A DNA stretch of 50,191 bases from an uncultured Bacilli bacterium (GCA_944372545.1 CALVZO010000025.1:1-50191); one strand, 5' to 3'; positions 37,139 through 46,904 are shown, numbered from the stretch's first letter. Notes: generated from the letters alone by a model not told the origin. Program-made: numbers and translations.

Positions 37139-37790
37139 TTATTGTCACACCTCCAAATAAACTTAATGTTTTAATATAAATTATTTTTTTACTATCTTTA
37201 GTTTCGTAATTATTAGTAACTACTCCAAAAACTGAAGTACTTTCAACAATTACTTGATAATTTGGAGGAACAATAATTTCAACACTGCCAAAAATTGCAC
37301 TAGCATTAATAACGGATTCACTTTTTATTGTAGTATTTGTTAAATCACATTTAACTCCGCCAAAAACGGCATCAATATTCGCCCCATTAAAATTTTTAGG
37401 AAATTTATCTATTACTTGATAAGAAAAAGTAGCACAATATTCTTCACTATTTTTAACATCAGGACCTTTTATTTTTGTTAGGTTATTTTTAAATATTATA
37501 GATACTCCAATTGCTACTAAAATTATTGGAAATATTAATTTCAAAATTAGATTATAATCAAGAATATTTTGGGCACATAATAATAGTAAAATACCAATTA
37601 CAAGAAACGTAATACTAGTAATTCTTTCTTTTTTATTAAATAAATTAATAAAGGAAGGAATTATAATAAATAATGTCCACCAACCAGAAAAGAAAATCGT
37701 AATATTAGTTATACCCATAGAATTTAAACCAATAATTACCCCCAATAAGATAAAGACTAACCCCCATAATAAATTTTTTGTTTTTTCCAT
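37113..37790 (-). CDS. LiaF-like cell-envelope stress membrane protein
   Basis: N-terminal multi-TM region plus a C-terminal LiaF-type domain (NIDAVFGGVKCDL...ASAIFGSVEIIVPPNYQVIVESTSVFG). ATG 37790 is preferred over TTG 37802. Confidence 0.65.
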   Translation of the reverse strand: MEKTKNLLWGLVFILLGVIIGLNSMGITNITIFFSGWWTLFIIIPSFINLFNKKERITSITFLVIGILLLLCAQNILDYNLILKLIFPIILVAIGVSIIFKNNLTKIKGPDVKNSEEYCATFSYQVIDKFPKNFNGANIDAVFGGVKCDLTNTTIKSESVINASAIFGSVEIIVPPNYQVIVESTSVFGVVTNNYETKDSKKIIYIKTLSLFGGVTINERKSKDN

Positions 37791-37822
37791 TTTACTCACC
37801 AAGTTTATTATAAAATAAATTG

Positions 37823-38323
37823 TTACATAATGCTAGTTAAAAATATATCTAATAAAAATAAACTACTAATAAGGCTTAAACAAATTTTTATATTTCTTCT
37901 ATTTACTTTGCTTAATAACTTATCTATTAAAGGAAAAATTAAATAAGTTAAAACTAAACTACCAACACCAAAACAAAAGGCACTTAAAAAACACACAAAA
38001 CCATTTATATTTAAAAAACAACCTGTATAATCCCATAAACGCATTTTAAATACTTTAAGTAATATTAAACCACTTAAATATTCTAAAATACCTGTTAAGA
38101 AAAAAGATAAAATAAATATTTTAAAGGGATTATTTTTATACTTATATAAAAAATAAATAATAACTCCCCCTACTCCATAAATTGGCAGCCAAGGCCCAAA
38201 TAAAAAACCATGACTATACAATTTATTTTCATAAATATAAGTTATTATCAGTTCATATATATAGCCAATTATTGATGTAATATAAAATATAGTTGCTAGT
38301 TTTATTAACTTTTTTTCTTCCAT
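37823..38323 (-). CDS. Membrane protein, PF06541 (putative ABC-transporter type IV / CmpB-like) family
   Basis: FGPWLPIYGVGG and RLWDYTG motifs, 4-5 TM helices. ATG 38323 or GTG 38332. Confidence 0.55.
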   Translation of the reverse strand: MEEKKLIKLATIFYITSIIGYIYELIITYIYENKLYSHGFLFGPWLPIYGVGGVIIYFLYKYKNNPFKIFILSFFLTGILEYLSGLILLKVFKMRLWDYTGCFLNINGFVCFLSAFCFGVGSLVLTYLIFPLIDKLLSKVNRRNIKICLSLISSLFLLDIFLTSIM

Positions 38324-38429
38324 AATTATCACATTATTATTGTTTTACTTACTTTACTTTTTATAATACCAATATTTGTCAGAGTTAAATAAAGTATTTT
38401 ACTAATACTATAATTAGAAAGGTGATATT

Positions 38430-38654
38430 ATGAAAAGTGAAAAAAATATGGCGCCAGAAATATTAACTGGAAAAGATTTAGATTATTTAAAAGATATTTT
38501 TGGTTGGAATTATACTCTTTATAAATTAGGTATTAATTCTATAGAATGTGTAGAAGATGAAGAAATAAAAGTGTTTTATGAAGATTGCACTGATTTTTTC
38601 TATGAAAATATGAAAGAAATAATCAATATAATAAAGGAGGAAGAAAATGAATAA
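38430..38654 (+). CDS. Small hypothetical protein, possibly partner of the coat protein
   Basis: AGGTGA RBS. 74 aa, acidic. Overlaps the next gene by 8 nt. Confidence 0.5.
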   Translation: MKSEKNMAPEILTGKDLDYLKDIFGWNYTLYKLGINSIECVEDEEIKVFYEDCTDFFYENMKEIINIIKEEENE

Positions 38655-38955
38655 TATAAATAATAAGAAAACAGAAGTTCCTTGTGGAAAATGTTTGAAT
38701 GATAAAGATTATATAACTATTCTTTTAACTCTTTTAAAAGATATGGAAAAGAATATGACTGTAGCATTAACTGAAGCCTCTAATGAAAAATTATATAAGC
38801 ATTATAAAAAAATGTTTGATAGTTATGCAGAACTTCAAAGAAGTTGTTATGAAATAAGTTTTAAAAATGGTTGGTACAAATTAGAAGAAGCACCAAAAAC
38901 AAAAGTAACAAATCTTTCTAAAATGCTTAATAATGAATTAGAAAATCTAAAATAA
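38647..38955 (+). CDS. Spore coat protein, CotF-like domain
   Basis: LNDKDYITILLTLLKDMEKNMTVALTEASNEKLYKHYKKMFDSYAELQRSCYEISFKNGWY follows the Coat-F consensus (…E(A/S)SN..L…GWY). Confidence 0.75.
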   Translation: MNNINNKKTEVPCGKCLNDKDYITILLTLLKDMEKNMTVALTEASNEKLYKHYKKMFDSYAELQRSCYEISFKNGWYKLEEAPKTKVTNLSKMLNNELENLK

Positions 38956-38960
38956 AATAT

Positions 38961-38996
38961 AAAAAAATTTAGCCAATATTAGACTAAATTTTTTTG
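38961..38996. terminator. Bidirectional terminator between convergent genes
   Basis: AAATTTAG (38965-38972) / CTAAATTT (38984-38991), A-run before and T-run after. Confidence 0.6.
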
Positions 38997-38998
38997 TT

Positions 38999-39457
38999 TT
39001 AATAATCAATATCTTCTAAAAGAGTATCAACTGATTCTTTATAATCATTAGTTGTTGCAATAAACATTAAAGAATTTTTAACTCTCGAAATTACTATGTA
39101 TTCATTTTCAGATTGAGCAACTATTTTACTAAATACAGCCCCAGTCGTTTCTTCATTAGAAGAGGTACTTGTTATATAATCAGATATACTATCTTTATAT
39201 TTTTTATAAACTTTTTTTGCTTCAATATCATCTTCAAATTCATAATACTCTATTTTATATGGAACATCTTCTTTAGTTGCTACTACATAAGTATTTGATT
39301 CATATAAAGCCTCTTCTGTATCACTTATTGTATATCCTAAGGCGCCAAAATAATCTTTAAATTCTTCTGTGTCTAATAAATTATAAAAAACACAACCTGT
39401 TGTAATTGAAACAATTACTATAATTAATATTCCTAATAACACACTTTTATTTTTCAT
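38999..39457 (-). CDS. Hypothetical lipoprotein
   Basis: MKNKSVLLGILIIVIVSITTGC is a signal peptide plus lipobox. GGAG sits 9 nt before ATG 39457; the track start at 39472 is less likely. Confidence 0.6.
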   Translation of the reverse strand: MKNKSVLLGILIIVIVSITTGCVFYNLLDTEEFKDYFGALGYTISDTEEALYESNTYVVATKEDVPYKIEYYEFEDDIEAKKVYKKYKDSISDYITSTSSNEETTGAVFSKIVAQSENEYIVISRVKNSLMFIATTNDYKESVDTLLEDIDY

Positions 39458-39458
39458 T

Positions 39459-39698
39459 TTATTCATCTCCATACTTTTCTTGAAATAATTTCATTACTTT
39501 ATTAAATTCTTCTTCATTATCTAAATTAATTAAATATTCTTTATCTTCTTCTTTAATGACTTTTCTAATAACAATATCTTTAGTATCTTCTACTCTTGCT
39601 AAAATTAAATATTTATTTTCCAAATCATTTAAAGCCGATATAACCATATATTCATTATTATCTTCTAAGGTCAAAACATTTACTTCAATTTCTTCCAT
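39459..39698 (-). CDS. DUF1292-like small acidic protein
   Basis: AAGGAGAAG RBS. ...LTLEDNNEYMVISALNDLENKYLILARVED...LINLDNEEEFNKVMKLF fits the DUF1292 pattern. Confidence 0.6.
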   Translation of the reverse strand: MEEIEVNVLTLEDNNEYMVISALNDLENKYLILARVEDTKDIVIRKVIKEEDKEYLINLDNEEEFNKVMKLFQEKYGDE

Positions 39699-40725
39699 AA
39701 TCTTCTCCTTGTTCTTTAACTAAATTTTCTAATCTATTACCATACATTTCATTATATCTACTCTTTTGCTCTCTATATAGGTCAATTAATTTATCAATAC
39801 GTTTTTGTGATTCTGTACTAAGAAGATTATAAGTAACATTTCCTTCACCTCTTGCTAATTTATACTCCCCTATATCAGATAACAATTCATTATATAAATC
39901 ATCTTGAGAAGAAATTAACCCTAAATTTAATAAATATTCTAAAAAGACATCAACATCTTTTATTCTTGTATATACATTTTGTAAATTATCATTATTACTT
40001 AATTGATTTTTTAATTCTCGTAATAAATCATCTATATTTTCTAACCTATTTTGCATATCAAAATAAATATCACAAAGAGTTATATCAAATAAAGATGGAT
40101 CTTGTTCACATATTTTTATAATGTCATTTGCTATATTGTGAAAGTCATAAGCAACAATAGGAAATCCTTCAGCATCTAATCCCGCCATATACTTATTTTG
40201 TTGTAAAATACTTCTTTTATGCTCATAATCTTCTTCACCAATATTAGACGCTAACATACCTAAGTTATCACTAACATCATTTTCTAACATTGCATCTTGA
40301 ATAGTATTTTTGATATGAATACTACCAGATATAATTAACACTCCTGCTAAAGCAAACGCAAATGGTTTAGTTAAATTCTTTCTTTTCTTTGTTTTTAATG
40401 GTGTCTTTGGTGCCTTTTCTATACTTCTTTTTTTAGTATTATTTATAAGAGCATTTAATTGTTCTTCAGACATATTTTCGGCATAATGCGCCATTCTTTC
40501 TTTTACTAACAACAATTTTATTGTTTTATTCACTTTACCATTTAATATTTCTTCTTCACTATACTTATACTCTTCAACTAATTTTTTTACAATTTCTTTC
40601 ATTTCTAATACATCAGCATCTAAAGATAATCTTACTATTAACTCACTAGCAATATTTCGATATTTACTATTTAAGTTAACAATATTTAATAATTTGTCAT
40701 CTAATTCCAATTTATAATCACCCAA
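39685..40725 (-). CDS. Bitopic membrane hypothetical protein (346 aa)
   Basis: Central TM helix (KPFAFALAGVLIISGSIHI) after a basic stretch. TTG start, so the start is uncertain. Promoter TTGACA-17-TATATT lies just upstream on the minus strand. Confidence 0.5.
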   Translation of the reverse strand: MGDYKLELDDKLLNIVNLNSKYRNIASELIVRLSLDADVLEMKEIVKKLVEEYKYSEEEILNGKVNKTIKLLLVKERMAHYAENMSEEQLNALINNTKKRSIEKAPKTPLKTKKRKNLTKPFAFALAGVLIISGSIHIKNTIQDAMLENDVSDNLGMLASNIGEEDYEHKRSILQQNKYMAGLDAEGFPIVAYDFHNIANDIIKICEQDPSLFDITLCDIYFDMQNRLENIDDLLRELKNQLSNNDNLQNVYTRIKDVDVFLEYLLNLGLISSQDDLYNELLSDIGEYKLARGEGNVTYNLLSTESQKRIDKLIDLYREQKSRYNEMYGNRLENLVKEQGEDYGRN

Positions 40726-40801
40726 TTTCTCAAACCACTATAAATATACTAATTAATCGGATTATTGTCAATTCTGTATAAGTTACTTGACTAATTATTG
40801 A

Positions 40802-41386
40802 CTACTCAAATTTTATTTTTTTCATAAATAATTTACTAATTAAATAAGAAATTAATAACATAATTACTATTACTATCATAATCTTAGGATTTTTTAAACT
40901 TTCTATTAAACTTGTACCAATAAAACCCCAAAAAAAGACAATAAATATCTTACCAATAAAAATAGCATAAGCAAATTTTTTAAAACTCATTTTTGATAAA
41001 GAAGATACAATATTAACTAAAAATGCTGGTGTAAATGGTAACGATATTAAAAGTGTCAAAGATGAAAAATTCATAGTTTCAATTTTTTGCATCAACTTAT
41101 CTAAATTGTTATTTTTACGTATCTTTTTTTCAAAAAAATTTTTTAGAAGTTTTCGACATAAAAAAAAGGAAAAGAAACAACCTAAGATAGTTAGTATATA
41201 AGATAAAATAAATCCAAAGAAATAACCATAAGCAATAAAGACGATAGTTATAAAAACAAATAAAGGTAATACTGGTAAAATAGACTCAATAAATATTAAA
41301 AAACAAGCAATTATTGGTCCATATATAGTAGAATTATTAATTAAATTCATTATAAATTCATAAATATTTGTTAATATTACTTCCAT
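40802..41386 (-). CDS. TVP38/TMEM64 (DedA-related, SNARE-associated) family membrane protein
   Basis: GPIIACFLIFIESILPVLP...GYFFGFILSYILTILGCFFSFFLCRKL fits PF09335 topology. Confidence 0.7.
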   Translation of the reverse strand: MEVILTNIYEFIMNLINNSTIYGPIIACFLIFIESILPVLPLFVFITIVFIAYGYFFGFILSYILTILGCFFSFFLCRKLLKNFFEKKIRKNNNLDKLMQKIETMNFSSLTLLISLPFTPAFLVNIVSSLSKMSFKKFAYAIFIGKIFIVFFWGFIGTSLIESLKNPKIMIVIVIMLLISYLISKLFMKKIKFE

Positions 41387-41393
41387 AAAAAAT

Positions 41394-41421
41394 CACATAC
41401 TCATTATAATATAAGTATGTG
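41394..41421 (-). terminator. Rho-independent terminator after the rhodanese gene
   Basis: Minus strand CACAUACU-12 nt-AGUAUGUG followed by AUUUUUU. It abuts the ATG of the TVP38 gene. Confidence 0.6.
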
Positions 41422-41430
41422 AAAAAATCA

Positions 41431-41685
41431 CTAATTTATAACATATGTCACATCATAACCGTAAAATGATAGAATTTGTACAGCTTTTTTACTTCTTGTT
41501 CCCTTATCACAAATAATATAATACTTTTTACTTTTATCTAAATATAAATTATGATTTAAAAGTAATTTTTCGTATTCTATATTTATACTATAAGGATTAT
41601 GATGTTTATTATAATTTACTTTATTTTGAACATCAATTAAAATTCCTAAATCACTGGTGTAATCAATTTCTCTAATAGTTTTCAT
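41431..41685 (-). CDS. Single-domain rhodanese-like sulfurtransferase
   Basis: Active-site loop CDKGTRS (CxxGxR). GGTGA RBS favours ATG 41685 over 41697. Confidence 0.75.
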   Translation of the reverse strand: MKTIREIDYTSDLGILIDVQNKVNYNKHHNPYSINIEYEKLLLNHNLYLDKSKKYYIICDKGTRSKKAVQILSFYGYDVTYVIN

Positions 41686-41746
41686 TCTAGTCACCATTAT
41701 AATATATGGTGAATTTCTTTTAATGAAAAATTAATTTGTCTATATT

Positions 41747-43915
41747 TTATTCATCATCATCGGAAAAGAAATCATCAAAGAATTCATCATCAGTTATAAC
41801 ATTTTCATTAACTATAACACTGTCAACATCAATATTCACTTTTGGCATTTCTTTTTCTTTCGGTAATTCTTCTTTTATATCTTCATTTTTATTTTCCACT
41901 ACTACTTTTGGTAAATCTTCTTTTGTAGTTGATTCAATAATTGATTCTTTTGAATCTCCAGTAATATTGATACTTTCTTGTTTTAATTTTTCTTTTTGTC
42001 TTTTTTCTTCTTCATCTAATTCTTTTAATTTTTGATCGATATCTCTCATCATTGCATCAATATCCATATTTTGAATAGCACTTCCAAACGGATTAATTGG
42101 CTCTATATTTCTTGGAGTTTCTCTACTACTCATAGAAAATGGATTAGAATCAGGACGCATTGGATTCATTCCTAAATTAGAGGGATTATTTAACATTTTT
42201 TTACTTTTTTCATCTGATACAAACTTTTTTAAATCAAATAATTCAATTGGTTCAACTTTTCTTTCTGGATAAGTTGCTTCTGGAAATTCTTCTCCCCAGT
42301 CAATTTTAAAATTCGGAGCATATTTAGTTTTAAATGGATTCATTCTTAAGCGAATAATTATTGCTTCTCCTAATTTTAATTTTTGTAAATCGCTTACAGT
42401 AATTAGAGGAGTTGATGCAGTTTTATCTTTTTCTTTTGATTTAACTTCTCCACACATTTTACTTATTTCTTCTAAGGCTTTTAATTCTGTACTAATTAAA
42501 TAAATTAAATTACCACAATTTCCTTTTATAACTTGGGCAACTTCTTCCCCATAAACATCATTTAATTGAGCAAAATTTTGAATAATAAATGTAAATCTAA
42601 TATCACGACTTCTTGCAGCCGATACCATACTATCAACATCTTTCAAAGGTGGCATATTAGCAAATTCATCTAAAATGAAATTTGTTCTATATTGTAATTT
42701 TCCTCCATTACTTTGTGCAACATCAATTAAAGTTTCATAACATTGCTTAATAAATATAGTCATTAAACTATGGTAAGTTTTTTTCTCATCATGAATAATC
42801 ATAAACACAGCCGTTTTGCCTTTACCAATATCTCGCATATCAAAATCACTATGTGAAAGCATTTCTGATAAATTTTCTCTTGTCGAAAACATTCTAATCT
42901 TTTGTCTAAAAGTTGAAAGTAATCCACCTTTTGTATCATTTGGAGCATTAATTGTTGTACTAGCAAACATATAGGCATTAGAATCAGGACCTTTTAAATT
43001 AAAATATTCTTTAATATAATTACTAGTTGCATATCTTTCTTCCCCAACTGTACTCATATAATTAATACTATTTAAATTAACTTCTTTTTGCTTGGCATCT
43101 TGAAATAAACCTAAGGAAAGTCCAGAAAAATAATCGGCTGCTCCTTTTTCCCAGAAGTCAGAATCACTTTTATTATTAGGATCATATAAAATATTTAAAG
43201 CGACATCATCTAATAATTCAATGGCTTTATCAGCATTTCCTTCTTTATAATAAAGGTACGGAAGAGTTAAAGGATTCCAAGCATTTCCTTTTTTAGGCTC
43301 ACGGAAATTTAAAATAATTACTTTATATCCACGTTCTTTTAAATTTTTAGCAGTTTTTCTATAAATTTCACCTTTAGGATCGGTAATAATCATACTTTCA
43401 CCCTTCTTGGCTAATAAATTAACCATTGGAAAAACTAAATTTTCTGTTTTACCTGAACCAGTAGACCCAATTACTAAGTTATGATAACTCCCATTATCAA
43501 CCCACATTTCTTTTTCATTACTGATAAGTGGTATTCCTGCTGCCTCAACTTCTTTTAAATTTGTTTGAACTCTTTCAACATTACTACTATTCTTTATTTC
43601 TTTTTCTTTTGACCATCTTGAATAACCATCACTTGGTTTATCATTAGTAACTTTAAGGCCAACACCTTTACCTTTTTGTCGTTCAAAAATATAAGAAGAT
43701 ACACTAGTAAAAATCATGATTAAAGCCCCGATAAATAGGCCTAGTGTAAATGGTAAATATTGTAGAGAAAATGCACTTAATGGTATTAATCCATAAAATG
43801 TTCCTGTATTAAGTAAGCAAAAAAGATTTGATACTGCAAGGGCACATAAATAAAGGAGTATTATACAATATATAACAAATAACAAAAAGTCTTTTGGTTC
43901 TATTTTAAATTTCAT
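41747..43915 (-). CDS. Type IV coupling protein (VirD4/TraG/PcfC-like)
   Basis: Two N-terminal TM helices, Walker A GSTGSGKTE, Walker B FILDEFANMP, and an acidic C-terminal tail (DDEFFDDFFSDDDE). AGGAGG RBS. Confidence 0.9.
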   Translation of the reverse strand: MKFKIEPKDFLLFVIYCIILLYLCALAVSNLFCLLNTGTFYGLIPLSAFSLQYLPFTLGLFIGALIMIFTSVSSYIFERQKGKGVGLKVTNDKPSDGYSRWSKEKEIKNSSNVERVQTNLKEVEAAGIPLISNEKEMWVDNGSYHNLVIGSTGSGKTENLVFPMVNLLAKKGESMIITDPKGEIYRKTAKNLKERGYKVIILNFREPKKGNAWNPLTLPYLYYKEGNADKAIELLDDVALNILYDPNNKSDSDFWEKGAADYFSGLSLGLFQDAKQKEVNLNSINYMSTVGEERYATSNYIKEYFNLKGPDSNAYMFASTTINAPNDTKGGLLSTFRQKIRMFSTRENLSEMLSHSDFDMRDIGKGKTAVFMIIHDEKKTYHSLMTIFIKQCYETLIDVAQSNGGKLQYRTNFILDEFANMPPLKDVDSMVSAARSRDIRFTFIIQNFAQLNDVYGEEVAQVIKGNCGNLIYLISTELKALEEISKMCGEVKSKEKDKTASTPLITVSDLQKLKLGEAIIIRLRMNPFKTKYAPNFKIDWGEEFPEATYPERKVEPIELFDLKKFVSDEKSKKMLNNPSNLGMNPMRPDSNPFSMSSRETPRNIEPINPFGSAIQNMDIDAMMRDIDQKLKELDEEEKRQKEKLKQESINITGDSKESIIESTTKEDLPKVVVENKNEDIKEELPKEKEMPKVNIDVDSVIVNENVITDDEFFDDFFSDDDE

Positions 43916-43968
43916 GAATTACCTCCTAATTCATAGATATTATACTATAAAAGTAATTAATATCAAAA

Positions 43969-44706
43969 TTATTTTTTTATTCTTTTACTAATAATTATTA
44001 TAGCACTTAAAACTACTATAAATATCATAGTTATTAACACAACTAATAGTATATCATTAGTGCTATCTACTGCATTATCATTTAAATTATTATCATTATC
44101 GACAAATTCATTATTGTCATCATTCGGCACTTCTTCTTTTTTTTCTTGATAAGAAAATGTTATTGGAGAAGTTTTATAATTATCATTATTAACATGCCAA
44201 TAATAAGTATTACCTTCATTTGATGAAGCATTAGAATTTACTACTTCTAAATTATCATCTAATGTTATTTTTATTGTCATTTCATTTATATCATACATTT
44301 CAAATATTTTTAATGTTGCTCCAGTATTTAAAATATAAACTCCTCTTTCGTCATCAATTTTTAACACAGAAACTGAATGATTTATAATATTTGATTCATT
44401 AAAATTATCATAATTAAATTGATATTTTAAATTTAGATTATATAAATTATTGCTGTTTAGGCTTTTACTTAAATCATAATATTCTACACCTGGTATTTCT
44501 TCTAATGATTCAGAATAATTACCACTATTATCAAAAGCCTCAATTGGTTTGGCATAAGAATTTATAATTGAACTTTCATTAGAATTTTCAGATATAATAT
44601 TTATATTTTCAATATAATCATTATCATTTGTAATGTTGAGTTCATACTCAACATTACAACCAGATAATATAAATAAAGTAGTTATTAAAAGTATAATTTT
44701 TTTCAT
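43969..44706 (-). CDS. T4SS-associated lipoprotein with C-terminal TM anchor
   Basis: Lipobox LSGC, Asn/Ser-rich, with a C-terminal helix LLVVLITMIFIVVLSAIIIIS. TAATG overlap with the hydrolase gene. Confidence 0.6.
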   Translation of the reverse strand: MKKIILLITTLFILSGCNVEYELNITNDNDYIENINIISENSNESSIINSYAKPIEAFDNSGNYSESLEEIPGVEYYDLSKSLNSNNLYNLNLKYQFNYDNFNESNIINHSVSVLKIDDERGVYILNTGATLKIFEMYDINEMTIKITLDDNLEVVNSNASSNEGNTYYWHVNNDNYKTSPITFSYQEKKEEVPNDDNNEFVDNDNNLNDNAVDSTNDILLVVLITMIFIVVLSAIIIISKRIKK

Positions 44707-46859
44707 TAATATGCTAGAACCCCATTTCTATAATTATTTTGATAAGTTTCAGCATCTATTGCATGAGATGCGATATACTCTGACATATCAACAATATAGT
44801 AATCGTTTGAATCAAAACTAACTGGAGTAATTATTGTTCCGTATTGTCCTCCTGATGCATGAGCAATATAGTAATTTCTTGCATTAGTGTCAACACCAAC
44901 CACAACCGTAACATGATGGTCATTTTCTAATATATCTCCAGGTTGGGCAGTATATTCACTCATGCTATATCTTGTGCCTAAATATTGAAATTCGGCTGCT
45001 AACCTTGGCCCAATACTTATACCAGCATTGTAAAATACCCAAGGAACCCATGAAGAACAATCTGGTCCATATTTATCGTAATAATAACCACTCCAAGTAT
45101 GACTGATTCTTGTTCCCCAGTCTGGATCAACACCATAATACGTTGTTGTCGTTTTTTGAATATTTGCTCCCGTTGAATTACTATAAATTTCCATATAATG
45201 TCCTCCACCTAATGTATAAGGAATTACAACATTGAAATTTTCTGCTAAATATTTAATCGGTGTAACCGCTGCAGCCACAACCGCTCCCCTAGAACCAACT
45301 CCAGCGCTCGCAACATTATTATATATCAATTCATTGAGTTCATCATACTGGCTAGATGATAGTAAATCATTAATTGGTGTGCTTAAAATCGTTGTTGGTA
45401 TACTTGAAGAAGCACTAGTACTTATAGTTTGAGTCCAATTATTTGTTACATCAAATGAAGGATAAATTGATTTTAATTCTGTGTCATCATAATAATAGGC
45501 TAAAATTTCTTCAAAAGTATAACCTTGCTCGGCTAAATAAGCGGCTCCCCATTGACTCATACCATTGCCATGTGCTTCAGACCTTGTACCGGCCTTCCAT
45601 GAATCTTTAATTCCAGATTGGGCATCTACCCAACTTCTTGGTATTTTTTGTGATTTTTGACAAACAATGTAATTATCTGGATCATCTTGAGGTGAATCAG
45701 TACAAAAAGCATCATATTGCGTAGATCTAATATTTCCTGTTGATTCATCTACTAATACTAACCCTCTTGTTTCATTAGCAACTTCTATTGCGGCATCACT
45801 TGGATTTCTGTATACTTGAAAACTAGTAGAACTTATAACAGTACAGTCTTCACTAATATTTGCTTCAACAAAACTTCTTGCTGCTACTGCTCCTGCTTTG
45901 GCCGCTTCATGTCTTTCTCCGCCAATAAATCCGCCAACTTCACCTTGTATAACTCCAGCAACATATTCTTCAATATCATATGTACCAGCATATTCTCCAT
46001 TAGTTATAGTAATTTCGGTACATTTAGGCTCTACATATTCATAACCATATAAACCATATATTGCAGAGCCACCGCCGCCACTACCTGATCCAAATATTAA
46101 AACTAATATAAGAATAATTAAAATTAATGCCGCAATAATTATTAAAACTATTGGATTTGCAAGCAAAAAGTTTATTAATGCCTTACCTGCTGCTGATAAT
46201 GCTTTACCTATTGCTTGACCGGCTTTTTTGCCAGCTTTTGCAGCGGCTGACCCAACTTTTTTTCCAGCACTTTTTGCCGCCGACTTTGCTTTTGCCTTTG
46301 CGGCATCTTTTAAAGCCTCTCCTGGATGCATTGCCCTATAAGCATTCGCCTTAGCATTTGCTAATTTATTAGAAATTGCATCTTGTCTAGCCTTCGCAAC
46401 ATTTACTCGATCTTTAGCTTTATCAATAATATTTTTATTTTTATATTTATTTTTTCCGTTTTCATCAATACCTACTTTTTTATTTTTAATTCTTTTCTCG
46501 AATTTAGCAGCATTTAATTTTTTATCTAATTCTTCTTGCTTACTTTTGTAATGATCTTTATTATATTTACCATTTTCATCTCTAGCATTGTTATACTCTC
46601 TTTCACCAAAACGTTCTCTTCTTTGCGGAGATTCTTGAAATTCGATACCATCACTTTGTTCATCATATAATGACTCAGGCTGTTCACTTATTTTATCATT
46701 ATCTTCTTTTAGCATATCATCTAGAACTTCATTTAACTCTTCTAAATCATCAACTCCAACTTGACTAGCAATATATTTTAAGTTTTCACTATTTGTAGAA
46801 CCATTACCAATATCTAACCCAGCTCTTTGCGCCTTCTCTACTATATTACTTGCATTCAC
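44706..46859 (-). CDS. T4SS peptidoglycan hydrolase: SpoIID/LytB-like domain + NlpC/P60 (CHAP-like) domain
   Basis: GTG start with an AGGTGG RBS. About 230 aa of cytoplasmic Lys/Ala-rich region, then a TM helix. SpoIID-like EEYVAGVIQGEVGG...AVAARSF...QVY...GNGMSQWGAAYLAEQGYTFEEILAYYY. C-terminal GPDCSSWVPWVFYNAGI...GDIL...DHHVTVVVG...HASG. Confidence 0.8.
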   Translation of the reverse strand: MNASNIVEKAQRAGLDIGNGSTNSENLKYIASQVGVDDLEELNEVLDDMLKEDNDKISEQPESLYDEQSDGIEFQESPQRRERFGEREYNNARDENGKYNKDHYKSKQEELDKKLNAAKFEKRIKNKKVGIDENGKNKYKNKNIIDKAKDRVNVAKARQDAISNKLANAKANAYRAMHPGEALKDAAKAKAKSAAKSAGKKVGSAAAKAGKKAGQAIGKALSAAGKALINFLLANPIVLIIIAALILIILILVLIFGSGSGGGGSAIYGLYGYEYVEPKCTEITITNGEYAGTYDIEEYVAGVIQGEVGGFIGGERHEAAKAGAVAARSFVEANISEDCTVISSTSFQVYRNPSDAAIEVANETRGLVLVDESTGNIRSTQYDAFCTDSPQDDPDNYIVCQKSQKIPRSWVDAQSGIKDSWKAGTRSEAHGNGMSQWGAAYLAEQGYTFEEILAYYYDDTELKSIYPSFDVTNNWTQTISTSASSSIPTTILSTPINDLLSSSQYDELNELIYNNVASAGVGSRGAVVAAAVTPIKYLAENFNVVIPYTLGGGHYMEIYSNSTGANIQKTTTTYYGVDPDWGTRISHTWSGYYYDKYGPDCSSWVPWVFYNAGISIGPRLAAEFQYLGTRYSMSEYTAQPGDILENDHHVTVVVGVDTNARNYYIAHASGGQYGTIITPVSFDSNDYYIVDMSEYIASHAIDAETYQNNYRNGVLAY

Positions 46860-46904
46860 GAAGATACCACCTACTTAATACATATATTTTAACATATTTA
46901 ATCA

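Noticed and set aside
39113-40121. Antisense ORFs 39113-39298 and 39852-40121
   Set aside because: They lie inside minus-strand operon genes, with AT-rich Ile/Phe/Tyr composition.
41736-42035. 99-aa Ser/Phe-rich ORF antisense to the acidic tail of the coupling protein
   Set aside because: It mirrors the Glu/Lys/Asp-rich T4CP C-terminus and is a low-complexity artefact.
44633-46354. Five short ORFs (44633-44821, 45017-45208, 45232-45432, 45816-46052, 46151-46354) within or antisense to the hydrolase and lipoprotein genes
   Set aside because: All are nested in the 717-aa hydrolase or the lipoprotein frame. The higher GC of this gene leaves alternative frames open.
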